Source: Candidatus Binatus sp. (GTDB lineage Bacteria; Desulfobacterota; Binatia; Binatales; Binataceae). From it: a stretch of DNA of 64,000 nucleotides. Where the stretch lies: assembly GCF_036567905.1 (NCBI RefSeq), contig NZ_DATCTO010000047.1, positions 6,552 through 70,551 on the forward strand, in the 5' to 3' direction. Below the pieces are notes generated by a model that ran no database searches, had not been told where the DNA came from, and saw nothing but the letters and a program-made list of their open reading frames with translations. Shown here piece by piece: positions 56,845 through 64,000 of this stretch. The position numbers and the translations under genes were made by a program. The first letter of the stretch is position 1, and each line of letters opens with the position of its first letter.

Positions 56845-57005
56845 CGTGTCGAAATTAGCGGTACCCGATTCGCCAGACAACGCCACCGCTTGCGGTCGTT
56901 CGACCGCTGGCCGCGATGACTTGCTCCGCTTCTTGCGGCTCTGATACTTTTGGCTGTCTGGCGCGCGCATAGCGCGCGTTCGTATTTTCGGGCTTCGATC
57001 CTAAC

Positions 57006-57080
57006 GTCCCCGTCGTCTAGCTCGGCCTAGGACACCGGCCTTTCACGTCGGTAACACGGGTTCAAATCCCGTCGGGGACG
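57006..57080 (+). tRNA. tRNA-Glu (anticodon UUC), CCA not encoded
   Basis: Hand-folded cloverleaf. Acceptor stem GTCCCCG/CGGGGAC, D stem GTCT/GGAC, anticodon stem CCGGC/GTCGG with loop CTTTCAC, T stem ACGGG/CCCGT with loop TTCAAAT. Closely parallels E. coli tRNA-Glu. Confidence 0.9.
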
Positions 57081-57096
57081 CTCAGTTTTCTTCGTT

Positions 57097-57124
57097 CGGA
57101 CAATGCAAATTGTCCGCCTTTTTT
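57097..57124 (+). terminator. intrinsic terminator after tRNA-Glu (stem CGGACAAT/ATTGTCCG, loop GCAA, then CCTTTTTT)
   Basis: Perfect 8-bp hairpin followed by a T-run, read directly from the sequence. Confidence 0.65.
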
Positions 57125-57284
57125 CCGCCCGCGGCGCCGACGCCGATCTTGACGTCTGATCGAGCCTGGTCCTTGCCGCCATGTTCAGGTTCTACCAAGC
57201 TTGGCCGAGGGCAATCTGTTTCGGTTCGAAGCAGGCGCTGGTTGTGCCGAAAGCGGAGATTAGCGAATCGCTGAGGGTGTCTGA

Positions 57285-59633
57285 ATGGGCGATTCTGTCA
57301 GCCAGCCGGCGGTGAAGATGCCGTCGCGCGGCCTCACTAGCGAAGAAGCTCGCCGGCGTCTTCTCGAGTGGGGCCCCAACGCCGTAGCGGAGAAAAAGCC
57401 GCATCCATTCCTTGCATTGCTCGGCAAGTTCTGGGCTCCGGTGCCGTGGATGCTCGAAGTCACAATCGTGCTCGAAGTTGCGCTTGGCAAGTTTTTGGAG
57501 GCTGCGGTCATTTCGGTACTGCTGGCCTTCAATGCCGCACTGAGTCTGTTCCAGGAAACGCGCGCGCACAGCGCGCTTGAGCTGTTGCAGAAGCGGCTGG
57601 CGGTGCGGGCCAGGGTCTTGCGTGACGCCGCGTGGGGCGTGATTCCCGCAGAGGAGCTGGTGCCCGGTGATTTCGTTCACTTGCAGATGGGCGACCTCGT
57701 GCCGGCAGACATCGGTATCCGCGAGGGAGACGTCCTGATCGATCAATCCGCGCTTACCGGTGAGTCGGTGCCGATCGAGGCGGGTCAGGGCAAAACTGCG
57801 TATGCCGGTTCGCTGGTTAAACGCGGCGAGGCCAGTGGCGAGGTCAGCGCAACCGGCGAGCGAACTTATTTTGGAAAGACCGCCGAACTGGTGCGTTCGG
57901 CCAGGACGGCCAGCCATCTGGAGAGCCTCATCTTCACGATCGTGAAGTACCTCGTGGCGATGGACACGGTGCTGGCGGTCGCGGTGTTGCTGTACGCCGC
58001 GTTGGCAGGGCTGCCTCTCACCGAGACGCTTCCGTTCGTACTGATTCTTTTGGTGGCTTCGGTTCCGGTCGCACTACCGGCCACCTTCACTGTGGCAACC
58101 GCGCTGGGCGCGGTGGAATTGGCCAAGCGCGGAGTGCTGGTCACGCGTCTGTCGGCGATCGAGGAAGCGGCGGCGATGGATATGTTGTGCAGCGACAAGA
58201 CCGGGACGATAACCCAAAATCAGCTGTCGCTGGCGGCATTGCGTCCCTACCCACCCTCTAGCGAGCGCGATCTGTTGCGCTTTGCAGCGTATGCGAGCGA
58301 CGAAGCAGGCCAAGATCCAATCGATCTCGCCGTTCTCGCCCGCGCGAAAGACGAGGGCGCGCTCTCGGCGCCGGCTCAGCGTCTCAAGTTCGTTCCGTTC
58401 GAGCCGGCAACCAAACTTGCCGAAGCCACAGTTATTGAGAACGGCAAGCAATTGTGCGCCCTGAAGGGGGCGCCCCAGGCAATCGCGAGCCGCGTTGGCG
58501 ATGTTGCAAACGTAGAGGCCGAAGTCGAGCGCCTTTCAGCGGGAGGTTACCGCGTGCTGGCCGTGGCGGGCGGAGCTGAAGGCGCGATCCGTCTGATTGG
58601 ACTGTTGGCGCTGCAGGATCCGCCGCGCGAGGACTCCAAGTCGCTGGTAGGAAGCCTGAACAAATTGGGTGTGCGCGTCGCGATGCTTACCGGGGACGGG
58701 ATCGCGACGGCTCAAGCAGTTGCAGCACAGGTCGGGATCGCCGGGCGCGCCTGCTCGGCGCAGGACTTGGGCGAGAATATCGATCAGACCCTCGATTGTG
58801 CGGTCTTCGCCGGCGTCTTTCCTGAAGACAAGTTCCGTCTCGTTCGTGCTTTGCAACAGGCTGGCCACATAGTCGGCATGACCGGAGACGGGGTCAACGA
58901 TGCCCCGGCGTTGAAGCAGGCGGAGGTCGGAATCGCGGTGGCCAATGCAACCGACGTGGCGAAAGCCTCGGCCAGCCTGGTGCTCACCAATCCGGGGCTC
59001 AGCGACACGCTGGCCGCGGTCGAGACCAGTCGCCGAATCTATCAGCGCATGCTGACCTACACGCTGAACAAGATCATCAAAACCGTCGAGGTCGCGCTGT
59101 TCCTCAGCATCGGCGTGATGCTGACGCGCACCCTAATCATCACTCCGCTGCTGATCGTAATGCTGTTGTTCACCAACGACTTCGTGACCATGTCGATTGC
59201 GACCGATCACGTATCCGCTTCGCCAATGCCGGATCGCTGGCGCATCCGGACTCTGATGCTGGCCGGAATGAGCCTCGGTAGCCTGATCCTGCTGCTGTCC
59301 TTCGGGCTGTTTTTCTATGGGCGCGATTTTCTCGGCCTGCCGCTTCCTCAACTGCAGACGCTGGTCTTTGTGATGCTCGTATTCACGGGTCAGGGGATGG
59401 TCTATCTGGTGCGCGAGCGCCATCATTTCTGGAACTCTGCTCCGAGCCGATGGATGATTCTTAGTTCCGTTGCGGATGTGATCGTGGTCTGCCTCCTGGC
59501 GACCCGTGGAATTCTGATGGCGCCGCTCCCGGACGCGGTGGTGGTGTCAGTGATCCTGGCATGCGTCCTCTACCTGATCGCATTGGACTTTCTGAAGGTC
59601 CCAATTTTGCGGCGTCTAATGTATACGTCGTAA
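57285..59633 (+). CDS. P-type ATPase, type IIIA (plasma-membrane H+-ATPase-like)
   Basis: 782 aa. The N-terminus, GLTSEEARRRLLEWGPNAVAEKKPHPFLALLGKFWAPVPWMLE, is very similar to plant/fungal AHA/PMA1 proteins. TGES, CSDKTGTITQN, MLTGD, MTGDGVNDAPALKQAEVGIAV. Confidence 0.85.
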   Translation: MGDSVSQPAVKMPSRGLTSEEARRRLLEWGPNAVAEKKPHPFLALLGKFWAPVPWMLEVTIVLEVALGKFLEAAVISVLLAFNAALSLFQETRAHSALELLQKRLAVRARVLRDAAWGVIPAEELVPGDFVHLQMGDLVPADIGIREGDVLIDQSALTGESVPIEAGQGKTAYAGSLVKRGEASGEVSATGERTYFGKTAELVRSARTASHLESLIFTIVKYLVAMDTVLAVAVLLYAALAGLPLTETLPFVLILLVASVPVALPATFTVATALGAVELAKRGVLVTRLSAIEEAAAMDMLCSDKTGTITQNQLSLAALRPYPPSSERDLLRFAAYASDEAGQDPIDLAVLARAKDEGALSAPAQRLKFVPFEPATKLAEATVIENGKQLCALKGAPQAIASRVGDVANVEAEVERLSAGGYRVLAVAGGAEGAIRLIGLLALQDPPREDSKSLVGSLNKLGVRVAMLTGDGIATAQAVAAQVGIAGRACSAQDLGENIDQTLDCAVFAGVFPEDKFRLVRALQQAGHIVGMTGDGVNDAPALKQAEVGIAVANATDVAKASASLVLTNPGLSDTLAAVETSRRIYQRMLTYTLNKIIKTVEVALFLSIGVMLTRTLIITPLLIVMLLFTNDFVTMSIATDHVSASPMPDRWRIRTLMLAGMSLGSLILLLSFGLFFYGRDFLGLPLPQLQTLVFVMLVFTGQGMVYLVRERHHFWNSAPSRWMILSSVADVIVVCLLATRGILMAPLPDAVVVSVILACVLYLIALDFLKVPILRRLMYTS

Positions 59634-59706
59634 GGTTTATCAGCAGCGCAAGTGCGCCCGGGCGTTCACTCGAACTGGTTTGGTTGCGCTCGCTAAAAGG
59701 TACCAG

Positions 59707-60177
59707 ATGCCCCGATTCAAGAAAATTCTCTGTCCGATCGACTTCGACCAGAACTCGCTTCAGGCGCTTCGGCTTGCCTCCGAGCTGGCGCGGGAACGCA
59801 AGGCAACGCTCTACCTGCTTCACGTAGTTGCGATACCTCCCGGACCTGAGGTGGCGCTGTCCTTCGGCAAGATGGAGGCCGCCGCGCGAACCAAGCTGGA
59901 GCGGTTGGCTCGCCGGAAAGTCAACGGCAAAGCCCATTACGAGGTCGAAGTCATGACGGGCGATCCGGGCGTCGAGCTTGTTCAAGCAGCGAACCGGTTG
60001 CGCGCCAACCTGATCGTAATGGCGACGCATGGACGCAAGGGTCTTCGTCGTTTCGTTCTCGGCAGCGTTGCCGAACGCGTGGTCCGGGAAGCACCGTGCC
60101 CGGTGCTCACAGTCAAGCCGAAAGCGCCGGCGGCGAAATCATCACAGAAGACGTCAGCAAGGAAGCGACGCGCTTGA
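59707..60177 (+). CDS. universal stress protein (UspA family)
   Basis: FKKILCPIDFDQNSLQAL, LYLLHVV, ANLIVMATHGRKGLRRFVLGSVAERVVREAPCPVLTV. Confidence 0.8.
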   Translation: MPRFKKILCPIDFDQNSLQALRLASELARERKATLYLLHVVAIPPGPEVALSFGKMEAAARTKLERLARRKVNGKAHYEVEVMTGDPGVELVQAANRLRANLIVMATHGRKGLRRFVLGSVAERVVREAPCPVLTVKPKAPAAKSSQKTSARKRRA

Positions 60178-60215
60178 ATGGGCGCCTTCCCTGAGAGCGG
60201 CAATGAGGTGTCAGT

Positions 60216-60938
60216 GTGGATGGACGGGGGCCGGACGGGTCGTCAAACGCGCTGGAAGTAGAACGTCTGGCGATACGATTCGGAACGTCGGAAATCTTCC
60301 GAGACGTTAGTTTCAGCGTTCCCCAGGCGAGTTCGCTTGCCGTCATTGGTCCCAACGGCGCCGGGAAGACCATACTCTTCAGGGCACTGATTGGCTCGCT
60401 GCGTTATGAAGGGAGCATCCGCTGGGCGGCCGGCACCAAGCTCGGGTACGTTCCCCAGAAGCTCGATATTGAACGCGACCTGCCAATCACGGGTGGCGAC
60501 TTCCTGACCGCCAAGGCTGCTGTCGTCAGGGCGCCAAATGGCGCCGTCCTCGCGGCGCTCGCTGATGTCGGGCTGGATAAGGAGATCCTCAACACACCCA
60601 TTGGCGCTCTGTCCGGAGGGCAATTTCAGAGGCTCCTGGTTGCGTTCGCGCTAATCGGCAATCCAAACGTGCTGCTCCTCGACGAACCTGCCGCCGGAGT
60701 TGACGCGCCCGGCCAGGAACAGTTGAGCCGCCTGATTCGCCAGCTACAGGAAGAGCGTGGCATGACGATCCTCCTCATCTCACATGATCTGAGTGTCGTT
60801 TACCAATACGCCACAAACGTATTGTGCCTTAGCAGAACCTACAGCCGCGTTGGGCCACCCAAGACCGTGCTTACGCCCGAGGTGCTCAGCCGGATTTACG
60901 CGATGCCGATAGGATTTCATGTCCACAATGTTCCTTGA
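60216..60938 (+). CDS. metal (Zn/Mn) ABC transporter ATP-binding protein, ZnuC-like
   Basis: GPNGAGKT, LSGGQFQRLLVAFAL, LLLLDEP, ISHDL. Followed by an ABC-3 type permease. Confidence 0.8.
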   Translation: MDGRGPDGSSNALEVERLAIRFGTSEIFRDVSFSVPQASSLAVIGPNGAGKTILFRALIGSLRYEGSIRWAAGTKLGYVPQKLDIERDLPITGGDFLTAKAAVVRAPNGAVLAALADVGLDKEILNTPIGALSGGQFQRLLVAFALIGNPNVLLLDEPAAGVDAPGQEQLSRLIRQLQEERGMTILLISHDLSVVYQYATNVLCLSRTYSRVGPPKTVLTPEVLSRIYAMPIGFHVHNVP

Positions 60939-61695
60939 ACTTGGTTCAGTGGTGCTCGCCATAAGCATGGCCACGGCCGCCGGACTGGTAGGCTGTTTCG
61001 CCGTCATGCGAAGAATGACGCTCGCAGCCGACGCCATCTCGCACGTCGCACTTCCCGGCGTCGGGATCGCGCTGCTTTTGCACTTCCAGCCGGTCGTCGG
61101 TGCGCTCGCGATGCTGTTGTTCGGAACGGTTCTTATCTGGAGCATGCAGGAGAGGACCGGGATATCGACTGAAACCATCGTCGGGGTTGTGTTCTCGGTC
61201 GCGCTTGCGATCGGAAGCCTCATTACCTCGGGCGAGGAGCTTATCGACGCGCTGTTTGGCGCGCCGGCCAAGCTAACCGGCTCGGAGACGGCGCTCGGAC
61301 TCCTCGGTGCGGCAGTAGTCGTCATCTTCATTCTCAAAGCCCGGCACTCTCTGCTGGTTTCCCTGGTTTCGCCGGATATCGCCTTGACCGCCGGTATCAA
61401 CGTCGCGCGGCTCAACCTGCTTTACCTGCTCGCTTTCGCGCTCACCGTGGCGTTGGGCTTCCGTTACCTTGGAGTCCTGCTGATGGGCTCGCTGATCATC
61501 ATTCCCGCGGCGACCGCCCGGCGGCTGGCGAGGAATCTTAACCACATGCTTTCGATCTCGGTCGCTATCTCAGTGATCTCGACCGTGATGGGCAGCTATG
61601 CGGGCTCGTTGCTTCATCGCGACACGGGGCCGCTCATAATCACCGGCGCCGGTGCGCTGTTCTTTCTGAGTCTGGTAAAACGACAACCGCAGTAA
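60919..61695 (+). CDS. metal ABC transporter permease (ABC-3 family, ZnuB-like)
   Basis: 258-aa polytopic protein. AADAISHVALPGVGIA and GSLIIIPAATARRLA are typical of ABC-3 permeases. Confidence 0.8.
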   Translation: MSTMFLELGSVVLAISMATAAGLVGCFAVMRRMTLAADAISHVALPGVGIALLLHFQPVVGALAMLLFGTVLIWSMQERTGISTETIVGVVFSVALAIGSLITSGEELIDALFGAPAKLTGSETALGLLGAAVVVIFILKARHSLLVSLVSPDIALTAGINVARLNLLYLLAFALTVALGFRYLGVLLMGSLIIIPAATARRLARNLNHMLSISVAISVISTVMGSYAGSLLHRDTGPLIITGAGALFFLSLVKRQPQ

Positions 61696-61804
61696 ACGGG
61701 CGTTGCGCGACAATTATTGCGCAGGTCGAACGACTAAATCGCGAACAGGTGCGGTCGCCTATTGAATGTTACGCGTTAACCTGCGCCGCCGAGAAAAAGT
61801 TTCC

Positions 61805-62524
61805 ATGATCCGCAGGGTTGCTCATCATGCCGGCGAAATCGGCCCCGAGAGCTATGAAACGTGGCGCGCCACCTCGCTGGGAAGAATCACGGAAGACCTC
61901 GAGCAGCAATTGATTATGCGCATGGCAGGCCCCTTAAAGGGCCGGCGAATTCTGGACGTCGGCTGCGGCGACGGCGCCCTGACCTTGGCCTGTTGGAGGC
62001 GCGGCGCGTCACTGGTCATGGGCTGTGACATCGACCATCGAATGATCGTGAGCGCCACGGCGCAGGCGTCTCGCCACAAAGCGGAGATCGGCTACACCGT
62101 CGGACGCACCGAGTGTCTGCCGTTTCGGGATCGGAGTTTCGACCTGGTTACCGCGATCGCTCTGCTCGCTTTCGTGCCGGAGGCGCAGAGCGCCGTTGGT
62201 GAAATGGCGCGCGTGCTCAGGCCTGGTGGCCATCTCGTCATCGGCGATCTCGGGAAATGGAGTCTCTGGGCGGCCTCCCGCCGGATACGCGGTTGGATGG
62301 GTTCGGAGACCTGGCGCGAGGCGCGTTTCAGAACGGCAAGCGAGTTGCGCGAGCTTGCGGAGAACGCGCGACTTTACGCGCAACCGGCATCCGGAGCGAT
62401 CTACTATCCGCAGCTTGCTCTGTTGGCCGGGCTGATGGCGCCGATGGACCCGTTGCTTGGCCAGTTGACGACAGTCGGCGCCGCCTTCTTGGCGGTGAAG
62501 GCCACCAAGCCTATCGACAAGTGA
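61805..62524 (+). CDS. class I SAM-dependent methyltransferase (Methyltransf_11 type)
   Basis: ILDVGCGDGALT, FDLVTAIALLAFV, LRPGGHLVIGD. Start taken at ATG 61805. Confidence 0.7.
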   Translation: MIRRVAHHAGEIGPESYETWRATSLGRITEDLEQQLIMRMAGPLKGRRILDVGCGDGALTLACWRRGASLVMGCDIDHRMIVSATAQASRHKAEIGYTVGRTECLPFRDRSFDLVTAIALLAFVPEAQSAVGEMARVLRPGGHLVIGDLGKWSLWAASRRIRGWMGSETWREARFRTASELRELAENARLYAQPASGAIYYPQLALLAGLMAPMDPLLGQLTTVGAAFLAVKATKPIDK

Positions 62525-62621
62525 TTTCCGCCGCCGAAGCAGCGGCGCTCGCTGCGCATTCGTCCTCTGGCGGGGGCCCAGGTTATTCGCAATCTGGTTT
62601 GCGGCGGTCGCATCTGCGCGA

Positions 62622-63056
62622 TCAGCCAGACACGATTTCCGGCTCAAGGCGGACCGGCGTGGACAGAGATGCCGTGACCAGACACGACTTTTCACTTTTT
62701 TCGAGCACCCGCATTGCTTTGTCTCGGTCTCCGCCCGCCGCAAGCTTGAGTCGCGGGCGAAGAACTATCTCCGTAAAACGGGTCACACCATCCTTGCGAT
62801 CGAGGGTGCCCTCGCCTGAGAGCTCCAGGGATTCGAACTCCAGCTTGGACGCTCGGGCCACGGCCCTAAGCGTGAAGAGAAAGCAGGTCTCGACGGAAGC
62901 CATCAGCAGGTCCTCGGGGCTCCATGCATCGCCCGGCCCGCCGAAGTCTGCCGGCGGAGCGGTGCGAAGCTCGGGTATGCCTGCGACAGAGACCGCGGCG
63001 TAGCCTTCGGAGCCGCCGGAGAGCTGCGCGCTGTAAATGTGTGGCAGTGGTTTCAT
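62622..63056 (-). CDS. OsmC/Ohr family peroxiredoxin-like protein
   Basis: 144 aa. WSPEDLLMASVETCF and EKSEKSCLVT carry the two conserved Cys positions of the OsmC family. Confidence 0.8.
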   Translation of the reverse strand: MKPLPHIYSAQLSGGSEGYAAVSVAGIPELRTAPPADFGGPGDAWSPEDLLMASVETCFLFTLRAVARASKLEFESLELSGEGTLDRKDGVTRFTEIVLRPRLKLAAGGDRDKAMRVLEKSEKSCLVTASLSTPVRLEPEIVSG

Positions 63057-63160
63057 CGCGATTCCTCCAGACCTTTAGCGTTAGATATCAGTTATGACCT
63101 TGCACACTTTCGGGTGACGACATTAATCCCGAAGTCGATCGCAAAGATTTTTTCCCGGCC

Positions 63161-63853
63161 TCACGGCGCATGTTCGGCTTTCACCGGGAATCCCGCCGCC
63201 TTCCATTCGGGATAGCCGTCCTGCAGGCGCATCGCCTTGAAGCCACGCCGGCGCAGGGTTTCGACCGCCTCGTAGGACATCAGGCAATAGGGCCCGCGGC
63301 AGTAAGCGATTATCTGCTTGTCGCGCGGCAGTTTGCTCAGCCGGCGCTGAAGCTCCTTAGTCGGGACATTGATAGCGCCCGGCAGATGGCCGGCGGCGAA
63401 CTCCTCGGCCGGGCGGACATCGATGATCGTAACCGTATCTTTCCTGATCCGGCGACGAAGTTCTTCGCGCGAGACCGGCTCAAGGGGATCGCGCTCGTGG
63501 AAGTATTTTTGGGCGATTACTGACATCTGTGCCAGGTTACGCTCGGCAATCTGCCGCAGTATCGCAAGCACCGCGACCGCCGCCTGGTCGCTTAGCTGAT
63601 AGACGACGCGATGCGCGTCCTTGCGCGAGGTGACCAAGCCGGCCCGTTGCAAGCGATGGAGATGCTGAGAGGTGTTGCCGAGCTTGAGCCCGGCCGCCGA
63701 GGCGAGGGTTTCGACGCTGCGTTCGCCCTGGGCAAGGATCGTCAGCAGGAGCAGGCGATGGGGCTGTGCAAGTGCTCGCGCGACGATGGCAAGCTGCTCG
63801 AGTACGAGGTGCTCGGGAGCTGGACTTGCATTGCCAGGGGAAGTAGTTATCAT
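63161..63853 (-). CDS. ArsR/SmtB-family transcriptional regulator fused to a rhodanese domain
   Basis: wHTH: LAQPHRLLLLTILAQGERSVETLA..., LGNTSQHLHRLQRAGLV. Rhodanese: IIDVRPAEEFAAGHLPGAINVP, with active-site loop YCRGPYC. Start taken at ATG 63853. The track start, TTG 63889, would lie across the palindrome. Confidence 0.8.
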   Translation of the reverse strand: MITTSPGNASPAPEHLVLEQLAIVARALAQPHRLLLLTILAQGERSVETLASAAGLKLGNTSQHLHRLQRAGLVTSRKDAHRVVYQLSDQAAVAVLAILRQIAERNLAQMSVIAQKYFHERDPLEPVSREELRRRIRKDTVTIIDVRPAEEFAAGHLPGAINVPTKELQRRLSKLPRDKQIIAYCRGPYCLMSYEAVETLRRRGFKAMRLQDGYPEWKAAGFPVKAEHAP

Positions 63854-63860
63854 GTTCCAT

Positions 63861-63880
63861 AGATTATTGGAATATAATCT
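63861..63880. promoter_or_regulatory. inverted repeat AGATTAT-N6-ATAATCT, candidate ArsR-type operator in the divergent promoter region
   Basis: Read directly from the sequence. It lies 8 nt upstream of ATG 63853 and includes a TATAAT hexamer on the + strand. Confidence 0.45.
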
Positions 63881-63948
63881 GTACGTCAACGGGCGCCTGC
63901 TGTCTGGCGCGGCAGCGCCGCAGCAGGGCGCGCACGAGGGAGGAAGCC

Positions 63949-64000
63949 ATGCGCAAACCGCGATCTGCTTCGATGATTTTGATGCTCGGGATGGCCGCCA
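63949..64000 (+). CDS. start of a gene truncated by the window edge (signal-peptide-like MRKPRSASMILMLGMAA)
   Basis: ATG preceded by GGGAGGA at 5-nt spacing. Only 17 codons are visible. Confidence 0.3.
   Translation, partial: MRKPRSASMILMLGMAA

Noticed and set aside
57006-63900. Possible genomic island integrated at tRNA-Glu (P-type ATPase, usp, znuCB, methyltransferase, OsmC, ArsR-rhodanese).
   Set aside because: There is no integrase, transposase or phage gene. I found no convincing direct repeat of the tRNA 3' end downstream; only a 7-nt AATCCCG match near 63126. Codon usage and GC do not look clearly foreign by eye.

Overview
High-GC (roughly 65% by eye) chromosomal segment from a diderm bacterium. 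The evidence for that is lpxA, a System I cytochrome c maturation operon and a full division/cell-wall cluster. The lineage cannot be fixed by eye, but several features look deltaproteobacteria-like or typical of an uncultured phylum. I call about 62 protein genes and one tRNA-Glu, almost all housekeeping. In order they are: glgB (5' partial), yacG-lpxA, and a ccmE-F-H-(ccmI-like)-A-B-C-D operon. Next come a DnaJ/CbpA-CbpM pair and a minus-strand operon of mrp, a GT2 glycosyltransferase, two ABC exporter genes and an aminopeptidase. An acyl-CoA dehydrogenase/CoA-transferase operon follows, then the dcw cluster mraZ-rsmH-ftsL-ftsI-murE-mraY-murD-ftsW-murG-murC-murB-ftsQ-ftsA-ftsZ, which lacks murF and ddl. 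After that: a mazEF-type toxin-antitoxin cassette, divergent pckG and malic enzyme, and panE coupled to a JAMM protein. The window ends with tRNA-Glu, a P3A-type H+-ATPase, usp, znuCB-like genes, OsmC and an ArsR-rhodanese regulator. There is no CRISPR array, transposase, integrase or recognisable multi-gene defence island. The best candidate for something undescribed is an orphan 807-aa P-loop protein (28395..30818). It sits behind an AT-rich, repeat-bearing, apparently leaderless promoter region and next to REP-like palindromes. I cannot assign it to a family by eye and it has no obvious partner genes. Other points worth a second look:
- a Cys-type (CXXXY) CcmE carrying an in-frame 15-bp tandem duplication
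- a CcmH with a CxCxC motif
- a duplicated FtsZ C-terminal peptide
- a textbook MraZ operator
- 21-nt direct repeats bracketing the mazEF cassette
- an AT-rich, repeat-bearing control region between pckG and malic enzyme

Many long ORFs in the supplied track are antisense or out-of-frame artefacts of the high GC content and were not called.
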